45,062 bases of DNA, from the IMG/VR virus record IMGVR_UViG_3300038679_000084, positions 1-45,062 of that record. One strand, 5' to 3'. The notes beneath the pieces were generated by a model. It did no database searches. It worked only from the letters and a program-made list of their open reading frames with translations, and was not told the DNA's origin. This DNA is from a virus. Lineage: Duplodnaviria > Caudoviricetes. Each line of letters starts with the position of its first letter. Position 1 is the first letter of the stretch. A program made the translations under genes and the position numbers. Positions 34,255 to 43,419 of this stretch are shown piece by piece.

Positions 34255-35601
34255 TCAGGCGAAGGCGCCGGTGTTGCTGGCCGTGGTCTCGAGCCTCACC
34301 ATGAACGTCGGCTGCTTCAGGAAGAATCCGTAAAAGACCTTCCACGACAAGAGGCGGAGCTGGTTCAGGGGGTCCGATTTAGTCGGGTCGCCCATGAAGG
34401 CGGTCCGCACGTCGTCCAACGTCACCTGGGCATAAGCCGATTTACCGAAAATGTACACGGGGTAGACCGTGATACCCGTCGCGGGGGCGGCGGGCGGGGT
34501 CTGAAGCGCGCCAATTCCGGTGATGGTAACCGTTTGGGCCGGAGCAAGCTGGGTCGCCTGCCCAATCATGGAACCCGTAAGCGGCCCTTGCGGGCTAGTG
34601 CCAAGGTTCACGGGGGAGGTGATCGGGTCGAGCGCGATGTAGACGTTGAACGTGAACCCGGGCAACGCGGGAAGCGTGACCGAAATAGAGCCGTTCGGGC
34701 CTGTCACGGCGATGCCGCCCGAAATCTGATAAATGCGTTCCTCGAACTGGAACTGATCGTCGCTGGCAGTGACCTGGACGTAATAGGTTCCCGTCGCGAG
34801 GTTGCCCGAAGTGCCCGCCACGCCCGTGATGGCGGCGACGCCCGTCCAACTAGGGACCATGTTCGACTGGACGAAGCGGACGCCGCTAAGCTGCCCGACC
34901 TCGTGGTCATAGATCCGGTTGATGTCGGAGTAAGACCACGCCTGCGCGACCGAGGATTCCTCTCGGAGGTCCTGAAGCGGGAACGGGTGCGAAACCGCCA
35001 CGAGATGCGGCGCGACGGGCGCCTTGCGGTTCTTGGAAGCCTGCGCGGCGAGGTCGATCTTGACCGTCTCGCCCTCGTAGCCCTCGTAGAACGGCGTGCC
35101 GTTCTTCACGAGCAGGCTATAAATCCGCTCGATGTCGTGTTTGTTCAGGTAGGACGTCGCGGTTAGCGACGCGCGCGCGCCGACCGAACCCGCGTAGGCG
35201 ACCTGGGTGCCAGCGTTTAGGCCATTGAAGGTGTTACGCTCCAATGTCTGCGCGACCTGGTGCCCGATCAGTTCCTCGGCTTGCTGAACAAGCGGATGCT
35301 TGATCGTCAGTTCGGCAACGTCGGTAAGTCCAACCGCGTCGCCCCACTGCTGCACGACGGCGGAAACCTGGTCGATGGTCATGGACCGCAGAGGCGGCGG
35401 GACGCCTTCGGCGAGGGGTGCCTGGGGAAGCGGCAGGTAATTAAACCGAGTCATCGTATACGTGAGACCGCGCCCCTCTGGCATGCTCACGGGTTCACCG
35501 AAGGCGTAGACGACAAGATGGCGCTGCGCCTTGCGCAGCGTCTCGGTAGCGATGAAGTTCTCGATGTCAGCCGAGAACTGGCTCTGCACATTGATGGGCA
35601 T
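34255..35601 (-). CDS. Major capsid protein (N4 gp56-like family) with Ig-like insertion
   Basis: MPEGRG.T..M.RF, LAEGVPP, QQWGD...TD, EVGQLSGVRFVQS, DPLNQ...SWK; follows the scaffold gene. Confidence 0.85.
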   Translation of the reverse strand: MPINVQSQFSADIENFIATETLRKAQRHLVVYAFGEPVSMPEGRGLTYTMTRFNYLPLPQAPLAEGVPPPLRSMTIDQVSAVVQQWGDAVGLTDVAELTIKHPLVQQAEELIGHQVAQTLERNTFNGLNAGTQVAYAGSVGARASLTATSYLNKHDIERIYSLLVKNGTPFYEGYEGETVKIDLAAQASKNRKAPVAPHLVAVSHPFPLQDLREESSVAQAWSYSDINRIYDHEVGQLSGVRFVQSNMVPSWTGVAAITGVAGTSGNLATGTYYVQVTASDDQFQFEERIYQISGGIAVTGPNGSISVTLPALPGFTFNVYIALDPITSPVNLGTSPQGPLTGSMIGQATQLAPAQTVTITGIGALQTPPAAPATGITVYPVYIFGKSAYAQVTLDDVRTAFMGDPTKSDPLNQLRLLSWKVFYGFFLKQPTFMVRLETTASNTGAFA

Positions 35602-35633
35602 AGACGCATCCTCAATCTAGGCCCAGGGGGCCG

Positions 35634-36452
35634 TTAGAACTTTACGTTCTCCAGCCGCTTCATGAGTTCTTCGTGCGTCTCGGGCTTGCGGCCCTGCCCG
35701 GGGCGACTGGTATATTGCCCGCCACCAACGCTCCCTCGCGGGTTCGGGGCGCGGGTCTCCTGGCGCTGCAACGACGGCGCCGCGACTTTCCTCGGCTTGC
35801 GCGACTGCGCTTTCTCGGCCTCGATCAGCTCCATCCCGCGAAGGTAAGCATAGATCGTCTCGCGGCCGATGCGCATGGCCTCGCCACGGAACTGATCCTG
35901 GAACAGCTTCTCCACCTCGGGCGCCTTGGCCTTCATCCGGGGATCGGCCGCAGCCTTGGTATGGTACTGAGATCGATCTTCCTCATAAAGCGTGCGAAAG
36001 TGCATCTGCGCGCGAAACTGCTCGTTCTCATGCTGCCATTTCTGGAGCATGTAAGCAGTCCGCTCGGACTCACCCATCTCGGCGAGGCGCTGTTCCTCGC
36101 TCTGGCGCGTGAGCTGCATGCGCTCCTGCTCGCGCTCGTACCGGAGCCGGTTAACCTCCTGCTCGAGTAAGTCCGCCTTGCGCTGCGCTTCCGAAGTCTG
36201 GTTCGCGAGCTGCTGGAACCTATAGGAAGCGTCGGAACGGCGGCGCGGCTCAGGGTCTAGTAACCCATCTTGCCCTTCTTCCTCATGCCCTTCGGCGCCA
36301 TCGCGCCGTAGTCCATGCTCTCGGCCTTCACCGTCCTCGAGGCCGACTTGCCCTTCGAGCTGCCCGTCTTCTTGCTGGGCATCATTTTCTTGGGCATTGG
36401 CACCTTGCCCTTCATCGAATATCTCCAATTGACGCGGGTCCGGGTCTACCAT
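35634..36452 (-). CDS. Capsid scaffolding protein
   Basis: Acidic disordered N-terminus, coiled coil (RFQQLAN), directly upstream of the MCP. Confidence 0.7.
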   Translation of the reverse strand: MVDPDPRQLEIFDEGQGANAQENDAQQEDGQLEGQVGLEDGEGREHGLRRDGAEGHEEEGQDGLLDPEPRRRSDASYRFQQLANQTSEAQRKADLLEQEVNRLRYEREQERMQLTRQSEEQRLAEMGESERTAYMLQKWQHENEQFRAQMHFRTLYEEDRSQYHTKAAADPRMKAKAPEVEKLFQDQFRGEAMRIGRETIYAYLRGMELIEAEKAQSRKPRKVAAPSLQRQETRAPNPRGSVGGGQYTSRPGQGRKPETHEELMKRLENVKF

Positions 36453-36513
36453 GGTGTATCCTTTTTAGCTGGTCACGCTCGCTAGCGGGGCTGATAACGG
36501 ACGCCATCCGGGC

Positions 36514-36759
36514 CTAGAGCACACGGCAAGCCGCGCGCAACTTGCCGTAGTCCTTAATATATGGAACGATTTTGGTATACAGGTCAAGATTGTCCTTGCG
36601 CAACGCGCGAAGCGCCACGTCCAAATCTTGCTGCGACTGAATGGAATAGCGAACAAGGGAAGGACAAACGAGCCTAGAACTCACCTCCTCGCAGGCGATC
36701 AGAAAGATCGTCGTCAGTAACAGGCTGCACAAGCACGTCGCTCGTACGCTTGCTCGCAT
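36514..36759 (-). CDS. o-spanin-like lipoprotein (Rz1-like)
   Basis: Hydrophobic signal ending in lipobox-like LIA-C; extra Cys residues; overlaps the i-spanin in another frame. Confidence 0.6.
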   Translation of the reverse strand: MRASVRATCLCSLLLTTIFLIACEEVSSRLVCPSLVRYSIQSQQDLDVALRALRKDNLDLYTKIVPYIKDYGKLRAACRVL

Positions 36760-36907
36760 CGGCTTCATTCCTCGCGTACCGCGCCGCGAATTCCGCGTCG
36801 GCGGCACTCTTCCCCGCGCGGTAGGATAACCGGATTAGCGTATAGAGGAAAATAGCCGCGGCGGCAATAGCCGCCACGGCCACCAGAATGGCGGTCCAGG
36901 ATATCAC
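36674..36907 (-). CDS. i-spanin-like protein (Rz-like)
   Basis: N-terminal TM helix then a helical periplasmic part ending DRLRGGEF; GTGA coupling to the holin. Confidence 0.6.
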   Translation of the reverse strand: MISWTAILVAVAAIAAAAIFLYTLIRLSYRAGKSAADAEFAARYARNEADASKRTSDVLVQPVTDDDLSDRLRGGEF

Positions 36908-37104
36908 TTGCGCTTCCAGACAAGTTGAACAATAGGCCAAACCGCCGCGCCGAGGGACACGATCGAACCCGCGATCATCATTCCGGTGGCAAGCCAGTGA
37001 TTGACATCTTCCGGGGACGCGATCCCGAGCGTGACCAGCACGGCGCCAACGGCGGCAATCACGGAGCGCACGGCGTCCATGATTTTCTGATGGATGTCGT
37101 CCAT
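36904..37104 (-). CDS. Holin (two TM helices)
   Basis: 66 aa, two hydrophobic helices, basic C-terminus WKRK; in the lysis cassette. Confidence 0.7.
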   Translation of the reverse strand: MDDIHQKIMDAVRSVIAAVGAVLVTLGIASPEDVNHWLATGMMIAGSIVSLGAAVWPIVQLVWKRK

Positions 37105-37109
37105 ATCAA

Positions 37110-37202
37110 TTACCCCGCGACCCCGAGCGTGATCAGCATGGCGCCAACGGCGGCAAACACGTCGCGCACGGCGTCCATGAGTTTCAGGTGGAAGGCGTTC
37201 AT
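37110..37202 (-). CDS. Truncated holin paralogue (30 aa, one TM)
   Basis: MNAFHLKLMDAVRDVFAAVGAMLITLGVAG aligns with the holin N-terminus MDDIHQKIMDAVRSVIAAVGAVLVTLGIAS; same GGGGTAATTGA leader. Not in the track. Confidence 0.6.
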   Translation of the reverse strand: MNAFHLKLMDAVRDVFAAVGAMLITLGVAG

Positions 37203-37203
37203 G

Positions 37204-37413
37204 TCAATTACCCCACGAAGCGAGCCTGATAAGTGGCTCGTAATCTCGCAGTAGCCGCTCCACCGCGAGCAGCTCACTATTAATCGCATTGCGTTGCGAG
37301 ATCAACTCGCTAAGCCTGCGCTCGAGCTGTTTTTTATTCGCGTAAGCCGTCTCCAGGCGCTCCTTGAGATCGACCTTGATCGTGTCCATGAGTTCATCGG
37401 GAGGCACTGGCAT
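37204..37413 (-). CDS. Small coiled-coil protein
   Basis: 69 aa with heptad pattern; GAGGG RBS. Confidence 0.55.
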   Translation of the reverse strand: MPVPPDELMDTIKVDLKERLETAYANKKQLERRLSELISQRNAINSELLAVERLLRDYEPLIRLASWGN

Positions 37414-37981
37414 AAGCCCTCGCTAATTTAACGTCGTAGGCGTTCGTCTTGTATCCCCGCCCGTTATAACCATAGGCGAATCGAGCCCAGTTCCTATCAC
37501 GGAGCGCGGCATCAAGCTTTTTGCCTTGAATAAAGAGCACCATTCCCTCGAGCTGGCGCGGCTCGCCTCGCAGAAAGTCGGCGACCATATTCGCCGCCTT
37601 GATAAACCCGCACAACTCGGAGTTCCTCCCGAGGATCTGGGGGCCGCCCCAGGACGCGGAACGAAACGCCGCGTCCTCGTTAATCGCGGCCGCCTTCAAG
37701 AAGCGCGGGTAACTATCGCGCGGGTAGGGCCGCGCACCCCAGACGGCGTACGCCAGCCCCGCCCGCACGGCGGCGGCGCGTTCAGCGCCGCGCAACTCGC
37801 GGTGGAATATGTGAGGCTCGAACAGCATGGTAAGCCGGCCCTTGGAATCATAGGACCGCTTCGCGCACTCGACCGCCCAAACTGCTTTCAGCGCCGCGAC
37901 CTCGCACTTGAGATACTTGGCCGCGCTCGCCCAGTCCCCGCCGCCCAAAGCCGAGGCTTTCAGGTTGACAAGCTCGATCAT
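37394..37981 (-). CDS. Endolysin, N-acetylmuramidase (DUF3380 family)
   Basis: AVWAVE, LFEPHIF, SASWG.PQILG.N, FAYGYNG.GY..NAYD.KL; ATG37981 after GAGGA. Confidence 0.88.
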   Translation of the reverse strand: MIELVNLKASALGGGDWASAAKYLKCEVAALKAVWAVECAKRSYDSKGRLTMLFEPHIFHRELRGAERAAAVRAGLAYAVWGARPYPRDSYPRFLKAAAINEDAAFRSASWGGPQILGRNSELCGFIKAANMVADFLRGEPRQLEGMVLFIQGKKLDAALRDRNWARFAYGYNGRGYKTNAYDVKLARAYASASR

Positions 37982-38060
37982 CCCGCTATCCTCTCCATGT
38001 TCATAGTCCCTCCCTTGGTTACCCAAACTTGGCTCGCGCGGCGCAACCCGCGCGAGTTTT

Positions 38061-40148
38061 TTATCTGTAGCTCCCGTCCTCGCCCCCCCGCTGAGCGCGC
38101 GGAGCAACCCCCGCCTCTTTCATCTGGTCCTTGCCAATGCTGCCCGGCGGATTAGCCGCGCGCTGACCGCCCGGCGCCGCCCCCGGCGCCGGCTGCCCTG
38201 GAGCGCCGGGCCCCGCGCCCCCAGGCGCGCCCGGCATACCACCAGGTGCCTGTTTCTTCATCATCTCGAGCTGCGCGACTTCAGGCGGCAGGTCCGCGAG
38301 CTTCTCGAAGATCAGTGGCGCCAGACGCGGCCCAAAGGCGTCCTCGAGCAGCACGGATACGGCAGGCGCGATGTTCATCCGGTGCTCCGGGTACATAGCG
38401 GGCGGGATGCCCCGCAGAACGTTCAGCGCCGCGACCTGAAGCTGCACGCGCTCGGAGTTCTTGACGGCCTCCACGCCGAACCACATGAAGTAATACGACG
38501 ACTCCAGCTCCACGGGGGGCACGCTGACCAGCTTAGGCTTTGGCCCCAGGTCCGCGATCGTCGGCACGAGCAGGTTATGGTCCCGGAATTGGTAGTCCAG
38601 CTCGAGGAAAAGCTGGAGCATGGGCGAAAGAATGTTCTCCTCGATCGTCACGACGGCTTCCGCCGTCGTGAGCAGGTCAACCGCCTGCTCCTGGGCCATC
38701 TCCGCTTGATTGCGTTTCGCGGTGGACGTGGATTGCGTGATCATGGCCGGGTTCACACCGAGCGTCTGCATGACCTGCATCCGGGCCGCGTTCACGATGG
38801 ACAGCGCCTCTTCCCACATGACCGGGATCTGCAGCGGCTGCGTATCCTGGGGGCTCGTGAGCCATAGCGCGCCCGGCGACTGCGTCATGCAGTCAACGTT
38901 CGGGTTCTTCTCCGGGTCCGTCATCACGACGACTTGAAGCCCGCGATGCGCGCTGTCCATCCCAATGTTGATCGCGTCATTCGCCGCGAGCTGGAAGTCA
39001 TAAACCGCGTCAACGGGCGCGCGGCCCTTGAATACGCCAGCCGCGCGCTCGCGCGGGGCCGACAGAATAGGCAACCGGTCGGACCAGAGCGGGTTCCTCT
39101 TGACGGAAAGGATATGCCCCTTGCCCGCGTGGAAGCAACGGTATAACCGCATCTCGTCATCGATGTTCAGGTTCAACCAGATCTCGTAGAGCAGGAGATA
39201 GGACTCCGTGCTATCGTCGTGGATGCCCGCGCTCTCCAGCTGCTCAACCCGCGTGTCCTGAACCCGCGTCCACAAGGCCGATCGGGTCGCCACGTCGCCG
39301 AACAGGCCAAGAGCCTCTTCCCCAGCCTCTTCCTCGACCTCACCCGTCTCCATCATCTGACGCAGCTTCGCCTTCGTCCAACGGCGGACAATGGCGACGC
39401 AACCCCCCTGGTCGAGCGCGTCGCCCAGGGAATTGGCGGTCGAGGGCGTGACGATCAGATCATTGTCGGGGATAACCTCGACAACAGGCCCCGCGTCCTG
39501 CACGACGACGTCGATCGCCTGCATCGTCACAACGGGCTGCATCGTCTCCGGGTCAACCAAGGGCAACGGCACCTCTTCCCTCTTGACCGTCGCCCGCTTC
39601 GTCGCGCGCCATGTCACATAGACGGTATAATGGCCCTCGAGATCGCCGTTCAGCATGAGCGCGGGCACGATGTCCGTGCGGAGATGGGCCTTACGGACAT
39701 AGTGCTCGAGCAGCGAGATTATGTCCGAAGGCAGTTCCCCAGTCTCGGTCAAGGCCGTGACATAGCGTTCGGATCGCGGAAACAACTGGTTGGTGAAACG
39801 GATCTTGCGGGCGTTCACGGCGTCCCGCGCGAGGGGGACGTAAAAGTTCGAAGGCCCCGTGTAGACCTGGTCCTCGGACAGGACGCAATGGAACATCTCC
39901 CAATTACGCCGGATCATGTCCGCGCGGCGGATGCGGTTCTCCATCGCGCGCTCCACGTCGTCGAAGGCCGTGTCCACGGCGTCCGCGACGCCGTCCTCGT
40001 CCTTCATCTCCTTGTCGCGCCGCCAATCCGACAACGGCGGGGGCGCGTCCGGGTCGCCGAAGGGCGGCTCGCTCGCGGGCTCCGGATGCTCGCGCATGAG
40101 ACGCGGGTCCTCGGAGGCTTCACCTTCTCTTTTGCGTTTGCGTGCCAT
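38061..40148 (-). CDS. Portal protein
   Basis: 695 aa directly after TerL; helical; G..PV..V.DFQ..AN and PGA.W motifs; Pro/Gly/Ala-rich tail as in podovirus portals. Confidence 0.8.
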   Translation of the reverse strand: MARKRKREGEASEDPRLMREHPEPASEPPFGDPDAPPPLSDWRRDKEMKDEDGVADAVDTAFDDVERAMENRIRRADMIRRNWEMFHCVLSEDQVYTGPSNFYVPLARDAVNARKIRFTNQLFPRSERYVTALTETGELPSDIISLLEHYVRKAHLRTDIVPALMLNGDLEGHYTVYVTWRATKRATVKREEVPLPLVDPETMQPVVTMQAIDVVVQDAGPVVEVIPDNDLIVTPSTANSLGDALDQGGCVAIVRRWTKAKLRQMMETGEVEEEAGEEALGLFGDVATRSALWTRVQDTRVEQLESAGIHDDSTESYLLLYEIWLNLNIDDEMRLYRCFHAGKGHILSVKRNPLWSDRLPILSAPRERAAGVFKGRAPVDAVYDFQLAANDAINIGMDSAHRGLQVVVMTDPEKNPNVDCMTQSPGALWLTSPQDTQPLQIPVMWEEALSIVNAARMQVMQTLGVNPAMITQSTSTAKRNQAEMAQEQAVDLLTTAEAVVTIEENILSPMLQLFLELDYQFRDHNLLVPTIADLGPKPKLVSVPPVELESSYYFMWFGVEAVKNSERVQLQVAALNVLRGIPPAMYPEHRMNIAPAVSVLLEDAFGPRLAPLIFEKLADLPPEVAQLEMMKKQAPGGMPGAPGGAGPGAPGQPAPGAAPGGQRAANPPGSIGKDQMKEAGVAPRAQRGGEDGSYR

Positions 40149-42096
40149 CCGGGACCGTACTCAGGTAAGGGCGCCCATCGTGCGCGTACCGCACGCGACC
40201 GCCCATGAGGGACTGCGTAACCTGCCGCGTGCGCAGGCGGCTCGCCATTGCCTCCAGGGCCGTGGCCACGATATCATAGCGGTTCGACTTGCGTCCTTCA
40301 AGCGACTGGCACCCGCCCGACAGACCTTGAAGCGCCCAGCTGGCCTGGGGGTGTACCCGCAGGCCGTCCATCCGGGCCAGAAGAAGCCGGAGCTCGGCTT
40401 CCCCGATACCCGGCTCCGCCGCCTGCCCCAGCTCGTACCCAGTCGCGCGCGCGGCGGGCCGCAACCCCACGGGGTCGATCGTCCGCCAATGCGCGGCGGG
40501 GAGCACGATCCGCGCGGGGCGCTCCAACTCGAGCTTCCGCAGCAACAAGGGAAGCACCTCGGAGGGGCTGCCCTCCATATAATGATCCCGCAGGACATGC
40601 ACGGGGCCTTTCTCGGGCACCCCCGCCAATAGCATATAGGTGGCGTATCCATCAGCCGCCGCGACAAGGAACTTGTCAGTCTCGACCATCGGGACCGGGC
40701 TATGATCGACGTGCGCCTGCGTGAACTCCGGGTACTTCTCGCGCCCCGTCCTTATGATGGCGTACGCCAAGGCGTTCGGTACGTCCAGACGCCCGGTCGG
40801 ATATTGCTCAAGCTGCTCTATCAAATCCTTGTGCATCCCAGGTCCCCCGTAAAGCCGCACTCTTCCAGAAATCAACCAAGGCTGTAGGTTGCGGATGAAC
40901 TCGAGCTTGCTCTTATCGCGCGGCGCGCTTTTATAGTCGATCGGCAGCGTCATGCCGCGCTCCATCTGGGCGTGCAGGAGCGGTGTGCGCAGGTACTCGT
41001 GCAACCCGTCGATCTCAACCCCGATCTCCACGGGGCGGTAGATAGTGTTGATACGGAATATGTCGTCGATCATCTCATCCGGCATCCACAGATGCCCGCC
41101 GCTCTCCCATACGGTCAATGTGTTATGGGGGCCTGGGCTCCACACCACGACGCCTGTATGCGAGCTGTTGGGCCTCGTGGTTCGCGCGGGGTCATACATG
41201 GCGTAGACAGCCTCGTAGGTCCGTGGCATCTGTATGTAGACGACCTTCTCCGGGTCGAAGATGCGTTCCGCGTCGGGCCGCGCGCGGCAGTAATACTCCT
41301 GCTCGAACAGCCGGAGCTTGCCCAGGCGCGCGTACTGTTCCTTCTCGGCGTCGATCGCCTTGAGCGGCCACTTCCCGGGCCAGGACGGGACCCTCGCGCC
41401 ATCGGCGCCGGGCGCCTCGATGGGGACCACGAGTGTCCGCCACCCGGGATCGCGGCGGAGGTGCTCCGAAACGCACTCCGGCGCGAGCGGAGTGGCGCAG
41501 ACACGCAGACGCGCCTTCGATATCTCCATGGCGGGGCGAAGCACGGCGAACAACCAGTGCATGACCTTCATGAGATTAGCAGGGCTCGCTACGTCTTCCT
41601 CGTTCTCTATGTCGTCCAGTACGGCGAGATCGGGCCGGTACTGTAAATACTTTACTCCACGGAGGGATTGGCCCTTTCCGATGGCCTGGATGCATACGCC
41701 GTTCTTGAGCACGACGCGTGAAGCGCCCCAGGTGGATGCCGTCGCGGCGGAATAGTCGCCGAAAACGGATTGTATCTTCTCATTCGTGCCCAATTCGACC
41801 TGCACGGAGGTCAAGCGGTCCTTCGCGCGCTGTTCCGTGTCGCCGACGAGCAGAATATTATGAAATTCCTGGTATAGGGCGGCGATAATGACGGCTTCCT
41901 CGGTGATCGAGCTCTTCGCGGAGCCACGGAAGCACTGAAACTGCACGAAGGGGGCGGAGGAGTGCCACTCCCTGATCATTTCCGCGTGAAAAGGGGCGGA
42001 CTGGAAGCTCCGCCGGTGGCTGAACAGCCACTCATGCGCGAGGTTCCGGTCCGCGTCCAGGAGTTTGAGGGTCTTGGCGAGGTTTTTAAGGCTCAT
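40120..42096 (-). CDS. terL: Terminase large subunit
   Basis: FRGSAKS Walker A, LRG...RPDL.VLDDIE Walker B, FEQEY, nuclease YDPA, GVE and D.PNALAYA; long C-terminal extension. Confidence 0.9.
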   Translation of the reverse strand: MSLKNLAKTLKLLDADRNLAHEWLFSHRRSFQSAPFHAEMIREWHSSAPFVQFQCFRGSAKSSITEEAVIIAALYQEFHNILLVGDTEQRAKDRLTSVQVELGTNEKIQSVFGDYSAATASTWGASRVVLKNGVCIQAIGKGQSLRGVKYLQYRPDLAVLDDIENEEDVASPANLMKVMHWLFAVLRPAMEISKARLRVCATPLAPECVSEHLRRDPGWRTLVVPIEAPGADGARVPSWPGKWPLKAIDAEKEQYARLGKLRLFEQEYYCRARPDAERIFDPEKVVYIQMPRTYEAVYAMYDPARTTRPNSSHTGVVVWSPGPHNTLTVWESGGHLWMPDEMIDDIFRINTIYRPVEIGVEIDGLHEYLRTPLLHAQMERGMTLPIDYKSAPRDKSKLEFIRNLQPWLISGRVRLYGGPGMHKDLIEQLEQYPTGRLDVPNALAYAIIRTGREKYPEFTQAHVDHSPVPMVETDKFLVAAADGYATYMLLAGVPEKGPVHVLRDHYMEGSPSEVLPLLLRKLELERPARIVLPAAHWRTIDPVGLRPAARATGYELGQAAEPGIGEAELRLLLARMDGLRVHPQASWALQGLSGGCQSLEGRKSNRYDIVATALEAMASRLRTRQVTQSLMGGRVRYAHDGRPYLSTVPDGTQTQKRR

Positions 42097-42127
42097 GTCT
42101 CCTTATATATGAGCGGGCGGGCGGGTT

Positions 42128-42478
42128 CTAGTCGGTAAGACCACATGCCGCTCTCATCGCTAGGCGCAGTCGCTCGTCAGCGTCGTCCCGCTCCTCGGGG
42201 GTCATCAACGCGCGCTCGCGCCCTAGACCCGCGGACCTTTCGCGCGGGGGTTCCAGACGTGCTTCTGTAGGTGTTTCCGGCACGCTCTTTACTACATTAG
42301 ACACGTTCGAACTCGGATAGATTACCGGGGCCGCGCTTTTTTGTTCCTGGTTTGTTTCATTTTCCATGCCTTTTTTAATAAAAAATGCCACTTGGCGCGC
42401 GATTGAGCGGCAATCGCGGGCGGCGATTAAGCGGATTTTTTCGTACATTTCGGGGGTAAGACGTACCTCATATGACAT
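42128..42478 (-). CDS. Arc-like ribbon-helix-helix DNA-binding protein
   Basis: VRLTPEMYEKIRLIAARDCRSIARQV matches the Arc/RHH pattern; AAGGAG RBS. Confidence 0.7.
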   Translation of the reverse strand: MSYEVRLTPEMYEKIRLIAARDCRSIARQVAFFIKKGMENETNQEQKSAAPVIYPSSNVSNVVKSVPETPTEARLEPPRERSAGLGRERALMTPEERDDADERLRLAMRAACGLTD

Positions 42479-42503
42479 TTTACGACTTGCTCCTTAACTT
42501 TTT

Positions 42504-42547
42504 GGGGGTGCAGCGAGGGCTTGATTTTTAGCCCTCGCTGCACCCCC
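42504..42547. promoter_or_regulatory. Perfect 18-bp inverted repeat in the leader of the late arm
   Basis: GGGGGTGCAGCGAGGGCT-N8-AGCCCTCGCTGCACCCCC. Confidence 0.75.
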
Positions 42548-42548
42548 T

Positions 42549-42576
42549 AATATAGGGTGTTATATCCCCGTGTCAA
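42549..42576 (-). promoter_or_regulatory. Sigma70-like leftward promoter
   Basis: Minus strand TTGACA-N16-TATATT upstream of the Arc-like gene. Confidence 0.55.
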
Positions 42577-42579
42577 GGC

Positions 42580-43300
42580 GTGAAACGGGGCGAATGTCCG
42601 CAAATGTATGCTGCCCGCATAAATCCTAAAATGGCCGCAAATTGGGGGGAGGGAGCCTCACTCTCCCTCACTTTAGGTCGGCGTTCAGAGAAAAAAAACC
42701 GAAAAAAAGGGCAATAAATGGAAAAAATAGTATAGTAAAACATACAAATACGTAGTTTTTATGTGTAGTCAGGCCCTTTTCGAGGGATCCCGGAAATGTT
42801 TCACAGGATTCGTGAACGATATCAGTTGGTTACAGACGGCGCGGCTGCGCGGCGCGGCTCGCACGATGGGTAGGATGGGAGCGGATTTCGACCAATTGGT
42901 ACAGGTTCGCACGGGGGGGGAATTTGCGCGGAAGCGCGGGTAAGTCATTGAAATCATTGGGGTTTGGGGTCCTACTACTACTACTACTACTATCTATATT
43001 TTTTAAATAAACATACCCCGGGATTTTTCGTGTTGCTCGCGGCACGCCTTTTTTCTCTCACATACTCTTTCCCCAAAACGCGATTCTGTTCGTGTTGTAT
43101 CGTAGTAAGCTTAAGCATTGGATAAACTAGAAATATCAATCACTTAAGCCGTATTTCGGTATTATCGCTACTACCAAAATCGTTACACATCAATGGGTTA
43201 GCACTATCGCCAAAACGTGATCGATTTCGACTTGACTTTCGCACGAAAACGCACTACATATATATCATAAGAGAGAGGAACGTATCACTAGCACAGCGCC
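42580..43300. other. AT-rich non-coding divergence region (candidate origin / packaging region)
   Basis: A/T tracts, (CTA)7 at 42972-42992, related 14-mers at 42941, 43133 and 43187; no credible ORF. Confidence 0.5.
43207..43262 (+). promoter_or_regulatory. Early promoter 1
   Basis: TCGC-CAAAAC-GTGA-N11-TTGACT-N17-TACATA. Confidence 0.55.
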
Positions 43301-43419
43301 AACGCGGTAGCTCAAGGGCAACGCCACAAGCCGGGCACACACGGCGCGGTAAGTCGAGCGGCCACTCCCACCCCCCTAACCCCGTGCACGGGCCGCGCGA
43401 GCGGCCCTCTTCTTGGAGC

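Noticed and set aside
13104-41755. Many long + strand ORFs opposite the late genes (e.g. 30856..32235, 33925..35166, 14054..15127), and similar alternative-frame ORFs over the repeat genes
   Set aside because: Arg/Ala/Pro-rich shadow frames typical of GC-rich DNA, with no motifs, overlapping well-supported genes.
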